From NCBI GenBank assembly GCA_964016885.1, contig CAXHJY010000096.1:992001-1056000 (forward strand): DNA of 64,000 bases, read 5' to 3'. Made by a program: the position numbers and the translations under genes. Shown one piece after another: positions 12,401-26,540 of the stretch; within the stretch, counting starts at the first letter, position 1; each line of letters begins with the position of its first letter. The notes beneath the pieces are model-generated. The model did not search any database, was not told where the DNA came from, and worked only from the letters and a program-made list of their open reading frames with translations. Source of the DNA: Eledone cirrhosa (taxonomy: Eukaryota).

Positions 12401-15400
12401 GATAATTTCCAGCCAGCCAAGGGGAGATAATTTGTAAAAAAATCAGGGGGAGATAATTTGCAAAAAAAATCAGGGGGAGATAATTTGTAAAAAAAATCAG
12501 GGGGAGATAATTTGTAAAAAATAATCAGGGGGAGATAATTTCCAGCCCTCCAAGGGGCTATAATTTCCAGTGTCCAAGGGGAGATAATTTCCAGCCAGCG
12601 AAGGGGAGATAATTTTTTTTTAAAAATCATTGGGAGATTTGTAAAAAAAATCAGGGGGAGATAATTTGTAAAAAAAATCAAGGGGAGATAATTTCCAGCC
12701 GTCCAAGGGGAGGTAATATCTAGCCGTCCAAGGGTAGATAATTTCCAGCCGTCCAACGGGAGATAATTTCCAGCCGTCCAAGGGTAGATAATATCCAGCC
12801 GCCCAAGGACATATTTTCCAGCCGTCCAAGGAGAGGTAATTTCTAGCCGTCCAAGGGGAGATAATTTCCAGCCGTCCAAGGGTAGATAATATCCATCCGT
12901 CCAAGGACATATTTTCCAGCCGTCCAAGGAGAGGTAATTTCTAGCCGTCCAAGGGGAGATAAATTCCAGCCTCCAAGGGGAGATAATTTCCAGCCAGCCA
13001 AGGGGAGATAATTTGTAAAAAAATCAGGGGGAGATAATTTGTAAAAAAAATCAGGGGGAGATAATTTGTAAAAAAAAATCAGGGGGAGATAATTTGTAAA
13101 AAAAAATCAGGGTGAGATAATTTGCAAAAAAAATCAGGGGGAGATAATTTGTAAAAAAAAATCAGGGGGAGATAATTTGTAAAAAAAATCAAGGGGAGAT
13201 AATTTCCAGCCGTCCAAGGAGAGATAATTTAAAAAAAAATCAGGCGGAGATAATTTGTAAAAAAAAATCAGGGGGAGATAATTTGTAAAAAAAATCAGGG
13301 GGAGATAATTTGTAAAAAAAAATCAGGGGTAGATAATTTGTAAAAAAAAATCAGGGGGAGATAATTTGTAAAAAAAAATCAGGAGGAGATAATTTGTAAA
13401 AAAAATCAAGGGGAGATAATTTCCAGCCGTCCAAGGAGAGATAATTTAAAAAAAAATCAGGCGGAGATAATTTGTAAAAAAAAATCAGGGGGAGATAATT
13501 TGTAAAAAAAAATCAGGGGGAGATAATTTGTAAAAAAAATCAAGGGGAGATAATTTCCAGCCGTCCAAGGGGAGATAATTTTCAGCCGTCCAAGGGGAGA
13601 TAATTTCCCGCCAGCCAAGGGAAGATAATATTCAAAAATATCAGGCGGAGATAATTTGTAAAAAAAATCAGGGGGAGATAATTTGTAAAAAAATCAGGGG
13701 GAGATAATTTGTAAAAAAAAAAATCAGGGGGAGATAATTTGTAAAAAAAATCAGGGGGAGATAATTTGTAAAAAAAATCAGGGGTAGATAATTTGTAAAA
13801 AAAAATCAGGGGGAGATAATTTGTAAAAAAAAATCAGGGGGAGATAATTTGTAAAAAAAATGAAAGGGGAGATAATATCCAGCCGTCCAAGGGGAGATAA
13901 TTTCCAGCCGTCCAAGGGGAGATAATTTCCAGCCGTCCAAGGGGAGATAATTTCCATCCTTCCAAGGGGATATAATTTCCAGCCGTCCAAGGGGAGATAA
14001 TTTCCATCCTTCCAAGGGGATATAATTTCCAGCCGTCCAAGGGGAGATAATTTTCAGCCGTCCAAGGATAGGTAATTTCTAGCCGTCCAAGGAGAGATAA
14101 TTTCCAGCCGTCCAAGGGGAGATAATTTCCAGCCGTCCAAGGGGAGATAATTTCCAGCCGTCCAAGGAGACATATTTTCCAGCCGTCCAAGGAGAGGTAA
14201 TTCCTAGCCGTCCAAGGGGAGATAAATTCCAGCCTCCAAGGGGAGATAATTTCCAGCCAGCCAAGGGGAGATAATTTGTAAAAAAAATCAGGGGGAGATA
14301 ATTTGTAAAAAAAATCAGGGGGAGATAATTTGTAAAAAAAAATCAGGGGTAGATAATTTGTAAAAAATAATCAGGGGGAGATAATTTGTAAAAAAAATCA
14401 AGGGGAGATAATTTCCAGCCGTCCAAGGGGAGATAATTTTCAGCCGTCCAAGGGGAGATAATTTCCCGCCAGCCAAGGGAAGATAATATTTAAAAAAATT
14501 AGGCGGAGATAATTTGTAAAAAAAATCAGGGGGAGATAATTTGTAAAAAAATCAGGGGGAGATAATTTGTAAAAAAAATCAGGGGGAGATAATTTGTAAA
14601 AAAAATCAGGGGGAGATAATTTGTAAAAAAAAATCAGGGGGAGATAATTTGTAAAAAAAATCAAGGGGAGATAATTTCCAGCCGTCCAAGGGAAGATAAT
14701 TTCCAGCCCTCCAAGGGGCTATAATTTCCAGCGTCCAAGGGGAGATAATTTCCAGCCAGCGAAGGGGAGATAATTTTTTTTAAAAAATCATTGGGAGATT
14801 TGTAAAAAAAATCAGGGGGAGATAATTTGTTAAAAAAATCAAGGGGAGATAATTTCCAGCCGTCCAAGGGGAGGTAATATCTAGCCGTCCAAGGGGAGAT
14901 AATTTCCAGCCGTCCAAGGGGAGATAATTTCCAGCCGTCCAAGGGTAGATAATATCCAGCCGTCCAAGGACATATTTTCCAGCCGTCCAAGGAGAGGTAA
15001 TTTCTAGCCGTCCAAGGGGAGATAAATTCCAGCCTCCAAGGTGAGATAATTTCCAGCCAGCCAAGGGGAGATAATTTGTAAAAAAATCAGGGGGAGATAA
15101 TTTGTAAAAAAAATCAGGGGGAGATAATTTGTAAAAAAAAATCAGGGGGAGATAATTTGTAAAAAAAAATCAGGGGGAGATAATTTGTAAAAAAAAATCA
15201 GGGGGAGATAATTTGTAAAAAAATCAAGGGGAGATAATTTCCAGCCGTCCAAGGGGAGATAATTTTCAGCCGTCCAAGGGGAGATAATTTCCCGCCAGCC
15301 AAGGGAAGATAATATTTGAAAAAATCAGGCGGAGATAATTTGTAAAAAAAATCAGGGGGAGATAATTTGTAAAAAAATCAGGGGGAGATAATTTGTAAAA

Positions 15401-16120
15401 AAAAAATCAGGGGGAGATAATTTGTAAAAAGAATCAGGGGGAGATAATTTGTAAAAAAAAATCAGGGGTAGATAAATTGTAAAAAAAAATCAGGGGGAGA
15501 TAATTTGTAAAAAAAATCAGGGGGAGATAATTTGTAAAAAAAATGAAAGGGGAGATAATATCCAGCCGTCCAAGGGGAGATAATTTCCAGCCGTCCAAGG
15601 GGAGATAATTTCCAGCCGTCCAAGGGGAGATAATTTCCATCCTTCCAAGGGGATATAATTTCCAGCCGTCCAAGGGGAGATAATTTCCCGCCAGCCAAGG
15701 GAAGATAATTTTTAAAAAAATCAGGCGGAGATTGTAAAAAAAATCAGGGGGGAGATAATTTGTAAAAAAATCAGGGGGAGATAATTTGTAAAAAAAAATC
15801 AGGGGGAGATAATTTGTAAAAAATAATCAGGGGGAGATAATTTGTAAAAAAAAATCAAGGGGAGATAATTTCCAGCCGTCCAAGGGGAGATAATTTTCCG
15901 CCAGCCAAGGGAAGATAATATTTAAAAAAATTAGGCGGAGATAATTTGTAAAAAAAATCAGGGGGAGATAATTTGTAAAAAAATCAGGGGGAGATAATTT
16001 GTAAAAAAAATCAGGGGGAGATAATTTGTAAAAAAATTCATGGGGAGATAATTTGTAAAAAAAAATCAGGGGTAGATAATTTGTAAAAAAAAATCAGGGG
16101 GAGATAATTTGTAAAAAAAA
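6460..16120. repeat. Tandem duplication of a ~5.0-kb unit, with offset drifting from 5054 to 4975 through whole-monomer indels
   Basis: ORF coordinate pairs: 6646/11700 (5054), 7057/12113 (5056), 7896/12927 (5031), 8803/13778 (4975), 9465/14440 (4975) and 10458/15434 (4976). Confidence 0.85.
8455..11140. repeat. Dispersed copy of the ~2.7-kb module at 1-2690 (offset 8454); further copies start near 13430, 51694 (more diverged) and 59889
   Basis: ORF pairs 349/8803, 1011/9465 and 1232/9686 differ by 8454. Pair 2005/10458 differs by 8453 after a 1-bp deletion near 10248 (AAAAAAACAAGGGG). Confidence 0.88.
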
Positions 16121-19100
16121 ATCAGGGGGAGATAATTTGTAAAAAAAATCAAGGGGAGATAATTTCCAGCCGTCCAAGGGGAGATAATTTTCAGCCGTCC
16201 AAGGAGAGGTAATTTCTAGCCGTCCAAGGGGAGATAATTTCCAGCCGTCCAAGGGGAGGTAATTTCCAGCCGTCCAAGGGGAGATAATTTTAAAAAAAAA
16301 ATCAGGCGGAGATAATTTGTAAAAAAAATCAAGGGGAGATAATTTGCAGCCGTCCAAGGGGAGATAATTTTCAGTCGTCCAAGGAGAGGTAATTTCTAGC
16401 CGTCCAAGGGGAGATAATTGCCAGCCGTCCAAGGGGAGATAATTTCCAGCCGTCCAAGGGGAGATAATTTTTTTTAAAAAATCAGGCGGAGATAATTTGT
16501 AAAAAAAATCAGGGGGAGATAATTTGTAAACAAAATCAGGGGGAGATAATTTGTAAAAAAAAATCAGGGGGAGATAATTTGTAAAAAAAATCATGGAGAG
16601 ATAATTTCCAGCCGTCCAAGATGAGATAATTTCCAGCCGTCCAAGGAGACATATTTTCCAGCCGTCCAAGGCGAGGTAATTTCTAGCCGTCCAAGGGGAG
16701 ATAAATTCCAGCCTCCAAGGGGAGATAATTTCCAGCCAGCCAAGTGGAGATAATTTGTAAAAAAATCAGGGGGAGATAATTTGTAAAAAATATCAGGGAG
16801 ATAATTTGTAAAAAAAAATCAGGGGGAGATAATTTGTAAAAAAAATCAGGGGGAGATAATTTGTAAAAAAAAATCAGGGGGAGATAATTTGTAAAAAAAA
16901 TCAAGGGGAGATAATTTCCAGCCGTCCAAGGGGAGATAATTTTCAGCCGTCCAAGGGGAGATAATTTCCCGCCAGCCAAGGGAAGATAATATTTAAAAAA
17001 ATCAGGCGGAGATAATTTGTAAAAAAAATCAGGGGGAGATAATTTGTAAAAAAATCAGGGGGAGATAATTTGTAAAAAAAAAATCAGGGGGAGATAATTT
17101 GTAAAAAAAATCAGGGGGAGATAATTTGTAAAAAAAAATCAGGGGTAGATAATTTGTAAACAAAAATCAGGGGGAGATAATTTGTAAAAAAAAATCAGGG
17201 GGAGATAATTTGTAAAAAAAATGAAAGGGGAGATAATATCCAGCCGTCCAAGGGGAGATAATTTCCAGCCGTCCAAGGGGATATAATTTCCAGCCGTCCA
17301 AGGGGAGATAATTTCCATCCTTCCAAGGGGATATAATTTCCAGCCGTCCAAGGGGAGATAATTTCCCGCCAGCCAAGGGAAGATAATTTTTAAAAAAATC
17401 AGGCGGAGATTGTAAAAAAAATCAGGGGGGAGATAATTTGTAAAAAAATCAGGGGGAGATAATTTGTAAAAAATAATCAGGGGGAGATAATTTGTAAAAA
17501 AATTCAAGGGGAGATAATTTCCAGCCGTCCAAGGGGAGATAATTTCCCGCCAGCCAAGGGAAGATAATATTTAAAAAAATTAGGCGGAGATAATTTGTAA
17601 AAAAAATCAGGGGGAGATAATTTGTAAAAAAATCAGGGGGAGATAATTTGTAAAAAAAATCAGGGGGAGATAATTTGTAAAAAAAATCATGGGGAGATAA
17701 TTTGTAAAAAAAAATCAGGGGTAGATAATTTGTAAAAAAAAATCAGGGGGAGATAATTTGTAAAAAAAAATCAGGGGGAGATAATTTGTAAAAAAAATCA
17801 AGGGGAGATAATATCCAGCCGTCCAAGGAGAGATAATTTAAAAAAAAAATGAGGCGGAGATAATTTGTAAAAAAAAAATCAGGGGGAGTTAATTTGTAAA
17901 AAAAAATGAGGGGGAGATAATTTGTAAAAAAAATCAAGGGGAGATAATTTCCAGCCGTCCAAGGGGAGATAATTTTCAGCCGTCCAAGGAGAGGTAATTT
18001 CTAGCCGTCCAAGGGGAGATAATTTCCAGCCGTCCAAGGGGAGGTAATTTCCAGCCGTCCAAGGGGAGATAATTTTTAAAAAAAAATCAGGCGGAGATAA
18101 TTTGTAAAAAAAATCAAGGGGAGATAATTTGCAGCCGTCCAAGGGGAGATAATTTTCAGTCGTCCAAGGAGAGGTAATTTCTAGCCGTCCAAGGGGAGAT
18201 AATTTCCAGCCGTCCAAGGGGAGATAATTTCCAGCCGTCCAAGGGGAGATAATTTTTTTTAAAAAATCAGGCGGAGATAATTTGTAAAAAAAATCAGGGG
18301 GAGATAATTTGTAAACAAAATCAGGGGGAGATAATTTGTAAAAAAAAATCAGGGGGAGATAATTTGTAAAAAAAATTAGGCGTAGATAATTTGTAAAAAA
18401 AAATCAGGGGGAGATAATTTGTAAAAAAAAATCAGGGGGAGATAATTTGTTTAAAAAATCAAGGGGAGATAATTTGCAGCCGTCCAAGGGGAGATAATTT
18501 TCAGCCGTCCAAGGAGAGGTAATTTCTAGCCGTTCAAGGGGAGATAATTTCCAGCCGTCCAAGGGGAGATAATTTCCAGCCGTCCAAGGGGAGATAATTT
18601 TTTTTAAAAAATCAGGCGGAGATAATTTGTAAAAAAAAATCAGGGGGAGATAATTCGTAAAAAAAAATCAGGGGGAGTTAATTTGTAAAAAAAAATCAGG
18701 GGGAGATAATTTGTAAAAAAAATCAAGGGGAGATAATTTCCAGCCGTCCAAGGGGAGGTAATATCTAGCCGTCCAAGGGGAGATAATTTCCAGCCGTCCA
18801 AGGGGAGATAATTTCCAGCCGTCCAAGGGGAGATAATTTCCAGCCGTCCAAGGAGACATATTTTTCAGCCGTCCAAGGCGAGGTAATTTCTAGCCGTCCA
18901 AGGGGAGATTAATTCCAGCCTCCAAGGGGAGATAATTTCCAGCCAGCCAAGGGGAGATAATTTGTAAAAAAATCAGGGGGAGATAATTTGTAAAAAATAT
19001 CAGGGAGATAATTTGTAAAAAAAAATCAGGGGGAGATAATTTGTAAAAAAAATCAGGGGGAGATAATTTGTAAAAAAAAATCAGGGGGAGATAATTTGTA

Positions 19101-22100
19101 AAAAAAATCAAGGGGAGATAATTTCCAGCCGTCCAAGGGGAGATAATTTTCAGCCGTCCAAGGAGAGGTAATTTCTAACCGTCCGAGGAGAGATAATTTC
19201 CAGCCGTCCAAGGGGAGATAATTTCCAGCCGTCCAAGGAGACATATTTTCCAGCCGTCCAAGGAGAGGTAATTTCTAGCCGTCCAAGGGGAGATAAATTC
19301 CAGCCTCCAAGGGGAGATAATTTCCAGCCAGCCAAGGGGAGATAATTTGTAAAAAAATCAGGGGGAGATAATTTGCAAAAAAAATCAGGGGGAGATAATT
19401 TGTAAAAAAAATCAGGGGGAGATAATTTGTAAAAAATAATCAGGGGGAGATAATTTCCAGCCGTCCAAGGGAAGATAATTTCCAGCCCTCCAAGGGGCTA
19501 TAATTTCCAGTGTCCAAGGGGAGATAATTTCCAGCCAGAGAAGGGGAGATAATTTTTTTTAAAAAATCATTGGGAGATTTGTAAAAAAAATCAGGGGGAG
19601 ATAATTTGCAAAAAAAATCAGGGGGAGATAATTTGTAAAAAAAAATCAGGGGTAGATAATTTGTAAAAAAAAATCAGGGGGAGATAATTTGTAAAAAAAA
19701 ATCAGGGGGAGATAATTTGTAAAAAAAATCAAGGGGAGATAATTTCCAGCCGTCCAAGGAGAGATAATTTTAAAAAAAATCAGGCGGAGATAATTTGTAA
19801 AAAAAAATCAGGGGGAGATAATTTGTAAAAAAAATCAGGGGGAGATAATTTGTAAAAAAAAATCAGGGGTAGATAATTTGTAAAAAAAAATCAGGGGGAG
19901 ATAATTTGTAAAAAAAAATCAGGGGGAGATAATTTGTAAAAAAAATCAAGGGGAGATAATTTCCAGCCGTCCAAGGAGAGATAATTTTAAAAAAAATCAG
20001 GCGGAGATAATTTGTAAAAAAAAATTAGGGGGAGATAATTTGTAAAAAAAAATCAGGGGGAGATAATTTGTAAAAAAAATCAAGGGGAGATAATTTCCAG
20101 CCGTCCAAGGGGAGATAATTTTCAGCCGTCCAAGGGGAGATAATTTCCCGCCAGCCAAGGGAAGATAATATTCAAAAAAATCAGGCGGAGATAATTTGTA
20201 AAAAAAATCAGGGGGAGATAATTTGTAAAAAAATCAGGGGGAGATAATTTGTAAAAAAAAAAATCAGGGGGAGATAATTTGTAAAAAAAATCAGGGGGAG
20301 ATAATTTGTAAAAAAAAATCAGGGGTAGATAATTTGTAAAAAAAAATCAGGGGGAGATAATTTGTAAAAAAAAATCAGGGGCAGATAATTTGTAAAAAAA
20401 ATGAAAGGGGAGATAATATCCAGCCGTCCAAGGGGAGATAATTTCCAGCCGTCCAAGGGGAGATAATTTCCAGCCGTCCAAGGGGAGAAAATTTCCATCC
20501 TTCCAAGGGGATATAATTTCCAGCCGGCCAAGGGGAGATAATTTCCATCCTTCCAAGGGGATATAATTTCCAGCCGTCCAAGGGGAGATAATTTTCAGCC
20601 GTCCAAGGAGAGGTAATTTCTAGCCGTCCAAGGAGAGATAATTTCCAGCCGTCCAAGGGGAGATAATTTCCAGCCGTCCAAGGGGAGATAATTTCCAGCC
20701 GTCCAAGGAGACATATTTTCCAGCCGTCCAAGGAGAGGTAATTCCTAGCCGTCCAAGGGGAGATAAATTCCAGCCTCCAAGGGGAGATAATTTCCAGCCA
20801 GCCAAGGGGAGATAATTTGTAAAAAAAATCAGGGGGAGATAATTTCTAAAAAAAATCAGGGGGAGATAATTTGTAAAAAAAAATCAGGGGGAGATAATTT
20901 GTAAAAAATAATCAGGGGGAGATAATTTGTAAAAAAAATCAAGGGGAGATAATTTCCAGCCGTCCAAGGGGAGATAATTTTCAGCCGTCCAAGGGGAGAT
21001 AATTTCCCACCAGCCAAGGGAAGATAATATTTAAAAAAATTATGCGGAGATAATTTGTAAAAAAAATCAGGGGGAGATAATTTGTAAAAAAATCAGGGGG
21101 AGATAATTTGTAAAAAAAATCAGGGGGAGATAATTTGTAAAAAAAATCAGGGGGAGATAATTTGTAAAAAAAAATCAGGGGTAGATAATTTGTAAAAAAA
21201 ATCAGGGGGAGATAATTTGTAAAAAAAAATCAGGGGGAGATAATTTGTAAAAAAAATCAAGGGGAGATAATTTCCAGCCGTCCAAGGAGAGATAATTTTA
21301 AAAAAAATCAGGCGGAGATAATTTGTAAAAAAAAATCAGGGGGAGATAATTTGTAAAAAAAAATCAGGGGGAGATAATTTGTAAAAAAAATCAAGGGGAG
21401 ATAATTTCCAGCCGTCCAAGGGGAGATAATTTTCAGCCGTCCAAGGGGAGATAATTTCCCGCCAGCCAAGGGAAGATAATATTCAAAAAAATCAGGCGGA
21501 GATAATTTGTAAAAAAAATCAGGGGGAGATAATTTGTAAAAAAATCAGGGGGAGATAATTTGTAAAAAAAAAAATCAGGGGGAGATAATTTGTAAAAAAA
21601 ATCAGGGGGAGATAATTTGTAAAAAAAAATCAGGGGTAGATAATTTGTAAAAAAAAATCAGGGGGAGATAATTTGTAAAAAAAAATCAGGGGGAGATAAT
21701 TTGTAAAAAAAATGAAAGGGGAGATAATATCCAGCCGTCCAAGGGGAGATAATTTCCAGCCGTCCAAGGAGAGATAATTTCCAGCCGTCCAAGGGGAGAT
21801 AATTTCCATCCTTCCAAGGGGATATAATTTCCAGCCGTCCAAGGGGAGATAATTTCCATCCTTCCAAGGGGATATAATTTCCAGCCGTCCAAGGGGAGAT
21901 AATTTTCAGCCGTCCAAGGAGAGGTAATTTCTAGCCGTCCAAGGAGAGATAATTTCCAGCCGTCCAAGGGGAGATAATTTCCAGCCGTCCAAGGGGAGAT
22001 AATTTCCAGCCGTCCAAGGAGACATATTTTCCAGCCGTCCAAGGAGAGGTAATTCCTAGCCGTCCAAGGGGAGATAAATTCCAGCCTCCAAGGGGAGATA

Positions 22101-25100
22101 ATTTCCAGCCAGCCAAGGGGAGATAATTTGTAAAAAAAATCAGGGGGAGATAATTTGTAAAAAAAATCAGGGGGAGATAATTTGTAAAAAAAAATCAGGG
22201 GGAGATAATTTGTAAAAAAAATCAAGGGGAGATAATTTCCAGCCGTCCAAGGGGAGATAATTTTCAGCCGTCCAAGGGGAGATAATTTCCCGCCAGCCAA
22301 GGGAAGATAATATTCAAAAAAATCAGGCGGAGATAATTTGTAAAAAAAATCAGGGGGAGATAATTTGTAAAAAAATCAGGGGGAGATAATTTGTAAAAAA
22401 AAAAATCAGGGGGAGATAATTTGTAAAAAAAATCAGGGGGAGATAATTTGTAAAAAAAAATCAGGGGTAGATAATTTGTAAAAAAAAATCAGGGGGAGAT
22501 AATTTGTAAAAAAAAATCAGGGGGAGATAATTTGTAAAAAAAATGAAAGGGGAGATAATATCCAGCCGTCCAAGGGGAGATAATTTCCAGCCGTCCAAGG
22601 GGAGATAATTTCCAGCCGTCCAAGGGGAGATAATTTCCATCCTTCCAAGGGGATATAATTTCCAGCCGTCCAAGGGGAGATAATTTCCATCCTTCCAAGG
22701 GGATATAATTTCCAGCCGTCCAAGGGGAGATAATTTTCAGCCGTCCAAGGAGAGGTAATTTCTAGCCGTCCAAGGAGAGATAATTTCCAGCCGTCCAAGG
22801 GGAGATAATTTCCAGCCGTCCAAGGGGAGATAATTTCCAGCCGTCCAAGGAGACATATTTTCCAGCCGTCCAAGGAGAGGTAATTCCTAGCCGTCCAAGG
22901 GGAGATAAATTCCAGCCTCCAAGGGGAGATAATTTCCAGCCAGCCAAGGGGAGATAATTTGTAAAAAAAATCAGGGGGAGATAATTTGTAAAAAAATCAG
23001 GGGGAGATAATTTGTAAAAAAAATCAGGGGGAGATAATTTGTAAAAAAAATCAGGGGGAGATAATTTGTAAAAAAAAATCAGGGGTAGATAATTTGTAAA
23101 AAAAAATCAGGGGGAGATAATTTGTAAAAAAATCAAGGGGAGATAATTTCCAGCCGTCCAAGGGAAGATAATTTCCAGCCCTCCAAGGGGCTATAATTTC
23201 CAGCGTCCAAGGGGAGATAATTTCCAGCCAGCGAAGGGGAGATAATTTTTTTAAAAAAATCATTGGGAGATTTGTAAAAAAAATCAGGGGGAGATAATTT
23301 GTAAAAAAAATCAAGGGGAGATAATTTCCAGCCGTCCAAGGGGAGGTAATATCTAGCCGTCCAAGGGTAGATAATTTCCAGCCGTCCAACGGGAGATAAT
23401 TTCCAGCCGTCCAAGGGTAGATAATATCCAGCCGCCCAAGGACATATTTTCCAGCCGTCCAAGGAGAGGTAATTTCTAGCCGTCCAAGGGGAGATAATTT
23501 CCAGCCGTCCAAGGGTAGATAATATCCAGCCGTCCAAGGACATATTTTCCAGCCGTCCAAGGAGAGGTAATTTCTAGCCGTCCAAGGGGAGATAAATTCC
23601 AGCCTCCAAGGGGAGATAATTTCCAGCCAGCCAAGGGGAGATAATTTGTAAAAAAATCAGGGGGAGATAATTTGTAAAAAAAATCAGGGGGAGATAATTT
23701 GTAAAAAAAAATCAGGGGGAGATAATTTGTAAAAAAAAATCAGGGGGAGATAATTTGCAAAAAAAATCAGGGGGAGATAATTTGTAAAAAAAAATCAGGG
23801 GTAGATAATTTGTAAAAAAAAATCAGGGGGAGATAATTTGTAAAAAAAATCAAGGGGAGATAATTTCCAGCCGTCCAAGGAGAGATAATTTTAAAAAAAA
23901 TCAGGCGGAGATAATTTGTAAAAAAAAATCAGGGGGAGATAATTTGTAAAAAAAAATCAGGGGGAGATAATTTGTAAAAAAAAATCAGGGGGAGATAATT
24001 TGTAAAAAAAATCAGGAGGAGATAATTTGTAAAAAAAATCAAGGGGAGATAATTTCCAGCCGTCCAAGGAGAGATAATTTAAAAAAAAATCAGGCGGAGA
24101 TAATTTGTAAAAAAAAATCAGGGGGAGATAATTTGTAAAAAAAAATCAGGGGGAGATAATTTGTAAAAAAAATCAAGGGGAGATAATTTCCAGCCGTCCA
24201 AGGGGAGATAATTTTCAGCCGTCCAAGGAGAGGTAATTTCTAACCGTCCGAGGAGAGATAATTTCCAGCCGTCCAAGGGGAGATAATTTCCAGCCGTCCA
24301 AGGGGAGATAATTTCCAGCCGTCCAAGGAGACATATTTTCCAGCCGTCCAAGGAGAGGTAATTTCTAGCCGTCCAAGGGGAGATAAATTCCAGCCTCCAA
24401 GGGGAGATAATTTCCAGCCAGCCAAGGGGAGATAATTTGTAAAAAAATCAGGGGGAGATAATTTGCAAAAAAAATCAGGGGGAGATAATTTGTAAAAAAA
24501 ATCAGGGGGAGATAATTTGTAAAAAATAATCAGGGGGAGATAATTTCCAGCCGTCCAAGGGAAGATAATTTCCAGCCCTCCAAGGGGCTATAATTTCCAG
24601 TGTCCAAGGGGAGATAATTTCCAGCCAGCGAAGGGGAGATAATTTTTTTAAAAAAATCATTGGGAGATTTGTAAAAAAAATCAGGGGGAGATAATTTGTA
24701 AAAAAAATCAAGGGGAGATAATTTCCAGCCGTCCAAGGGGAGGTAATATCTAGCCGTCCAAGGGGAGATAATTTCCAGCCGTCCAAGGGGAGATAATTTC
24801 CAGCCGTCCAAGGGTAGATAATATCCAGCCGCCCAAGGACATATTTTCCAGCCGTCCAAGGAGAGGTAATTTCTAGCCGTCCAAGGGGAGATAAATTCCA
24901 GCCTCCAAGGGGAGATAATTTCCAGCCAGCCAAGGGGAGATAATTTGTAAAAAAATCAGGGGGAGATAATTTGTAAAAAAAATCAGGGGGAGATAATTTG
25001 TAAAAAAAAATCAGGGGGAGATAATTTGTAAAAAAAAATCAGGGGGAGATAATTTGCAAAAAAAATCAGGGGGAGATAATTTGTAAAAAAAAATCAGGGG

Positions 25101-26540
25101 TAGATAATTTGTAAAAAAAAATCAGGGGGAGATAATTTGTAAAAAAAAATCAGGGGGAGATAATTTGTAAAAAAAATCAAGGGGAGATAATTTGTAAAAA
25201 AAATCAAGGGGAGATAATTTCCAGCCGTCCAAGGGGAGGTAATATCTAGCCGTCCAAGGGGAGATAATTTCCAGCCGTCCAAGGGGAGATAATTTCCAGC
25301 CGTCCAAGGGTAGATAATATCCAGCCGCCCAAGGACATATTTTCCAGCCGTCCAAGGAGAGGTAATTTCTAGCCGTCCAAGGGGAGATAAATTCCAGCCT
25401 CCAAGGGGAGATAATTTCCAGCCAGCCAAGGGGAGATAATTTGTAAAAAAATCAGGGGGAGATAATTTGTAAAAAAAATCAGGGGGAGATAATTTGTAAA
25501 AAAAAATCAGGGGGAGATAATTTGTAAAAAAAAATCAGGGGGAGATAATTTGCAAAAAAAATCAGGGGGAGATAATTTGTAAAAAAAAATCAGGGGTAGA
25601 TAATTTGTAAAAAAAAATCAGGGGGAGATAATTTGTAAAAAAAAATCAGGGGGAGATAATTTGTAAAAAAAATCAAGGGGAGATAATTTGTAAAAAAAAT
25701 CAAGGGGAGATAATTTCCAGCCGTCCAAGGGGAGGTAATATCTAGCCGTCCAAGGGGAGATAATTTCCAGCCGTCCAACGGGAGATAATTTCCAGCCGTC
25801 CAAGGGTAGATAATATCCAGCCGCCCCAGGACATATTTTCCAGCCGTCCAAGGAGAGGTAATTTCTAGCCGTCCAAGGGGAGATAATTTCCAGCCGTCCA
25901 AGGGTAGATAATATCCAGCCGTCCAAGGACATATTTTCCAGCCGTCCAAGGAGAGGTAATTTCTAGCCGTCCAAGGGGAGATAAATTCCAGCCTCCAAGG
26001 GGAGATAATTTCCAGCCAGCCAAGGGGAGATAATTTGTAAAAAAATCAGGGGGAGATAATTTGTAAAAAAAATCAGGGGGAGATAATTTGTAAAAAAAAA
26101 TCAGGGGGAGATAATTTGTAAAAAAAAATCAGGGGGAGATAATTTGCAAAAAAAATCAGGGGGAGATAATTTGTAAAAAAAAATCAGGGGTAGATAATTT
26201 GTAAAAAAAAATCAGGGGGAGATAATTTGTAAAAAAAAATCAGGGGGAGATAATTTGTAAAAAAAATCAAGGGGAGATAATTTCCAGCCGTCCAAGGAGA
26301 TTATAATTTTAAAAAAAATCAGGCGGAGATAATTTGTAAAAAAAAATCAGGGGGAGATAATTTGTAAAAAAAAATCAGGGGGAGATAATTTGTAAAAAAA
26401 AATCAGGGGGAGATAATTTGTAAAAAAAATCAGGAGGAGATAATTTGTAAAAAAAATCAAGGGGAGATAATTTCCAGCCGTCCAAGGAGAGATAATTTAA
26501 AAAAAAATCAGGCGGAGATAATTTGTAAAAAAAAATCAGG
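15960..26540. repeat. ~10.6-kb higher-order unit, copy 1
   Basis: The marker TTCATGGGG occurs at 16037 and again at 26615 (offset 10,578). The ORF series 16094-25590 recurs at +14,586. Confidence 0.88.
21340..23000. repeat. Tandem duplication, 831-bp unit (803 bp in the sister copy at about 35930-37560)
   Basis: ORF pairs 21630/22461 and 21931/22762 differ by 831; 36216/37019 and 36517/37320 differ by 803. Confidence 0.85.
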
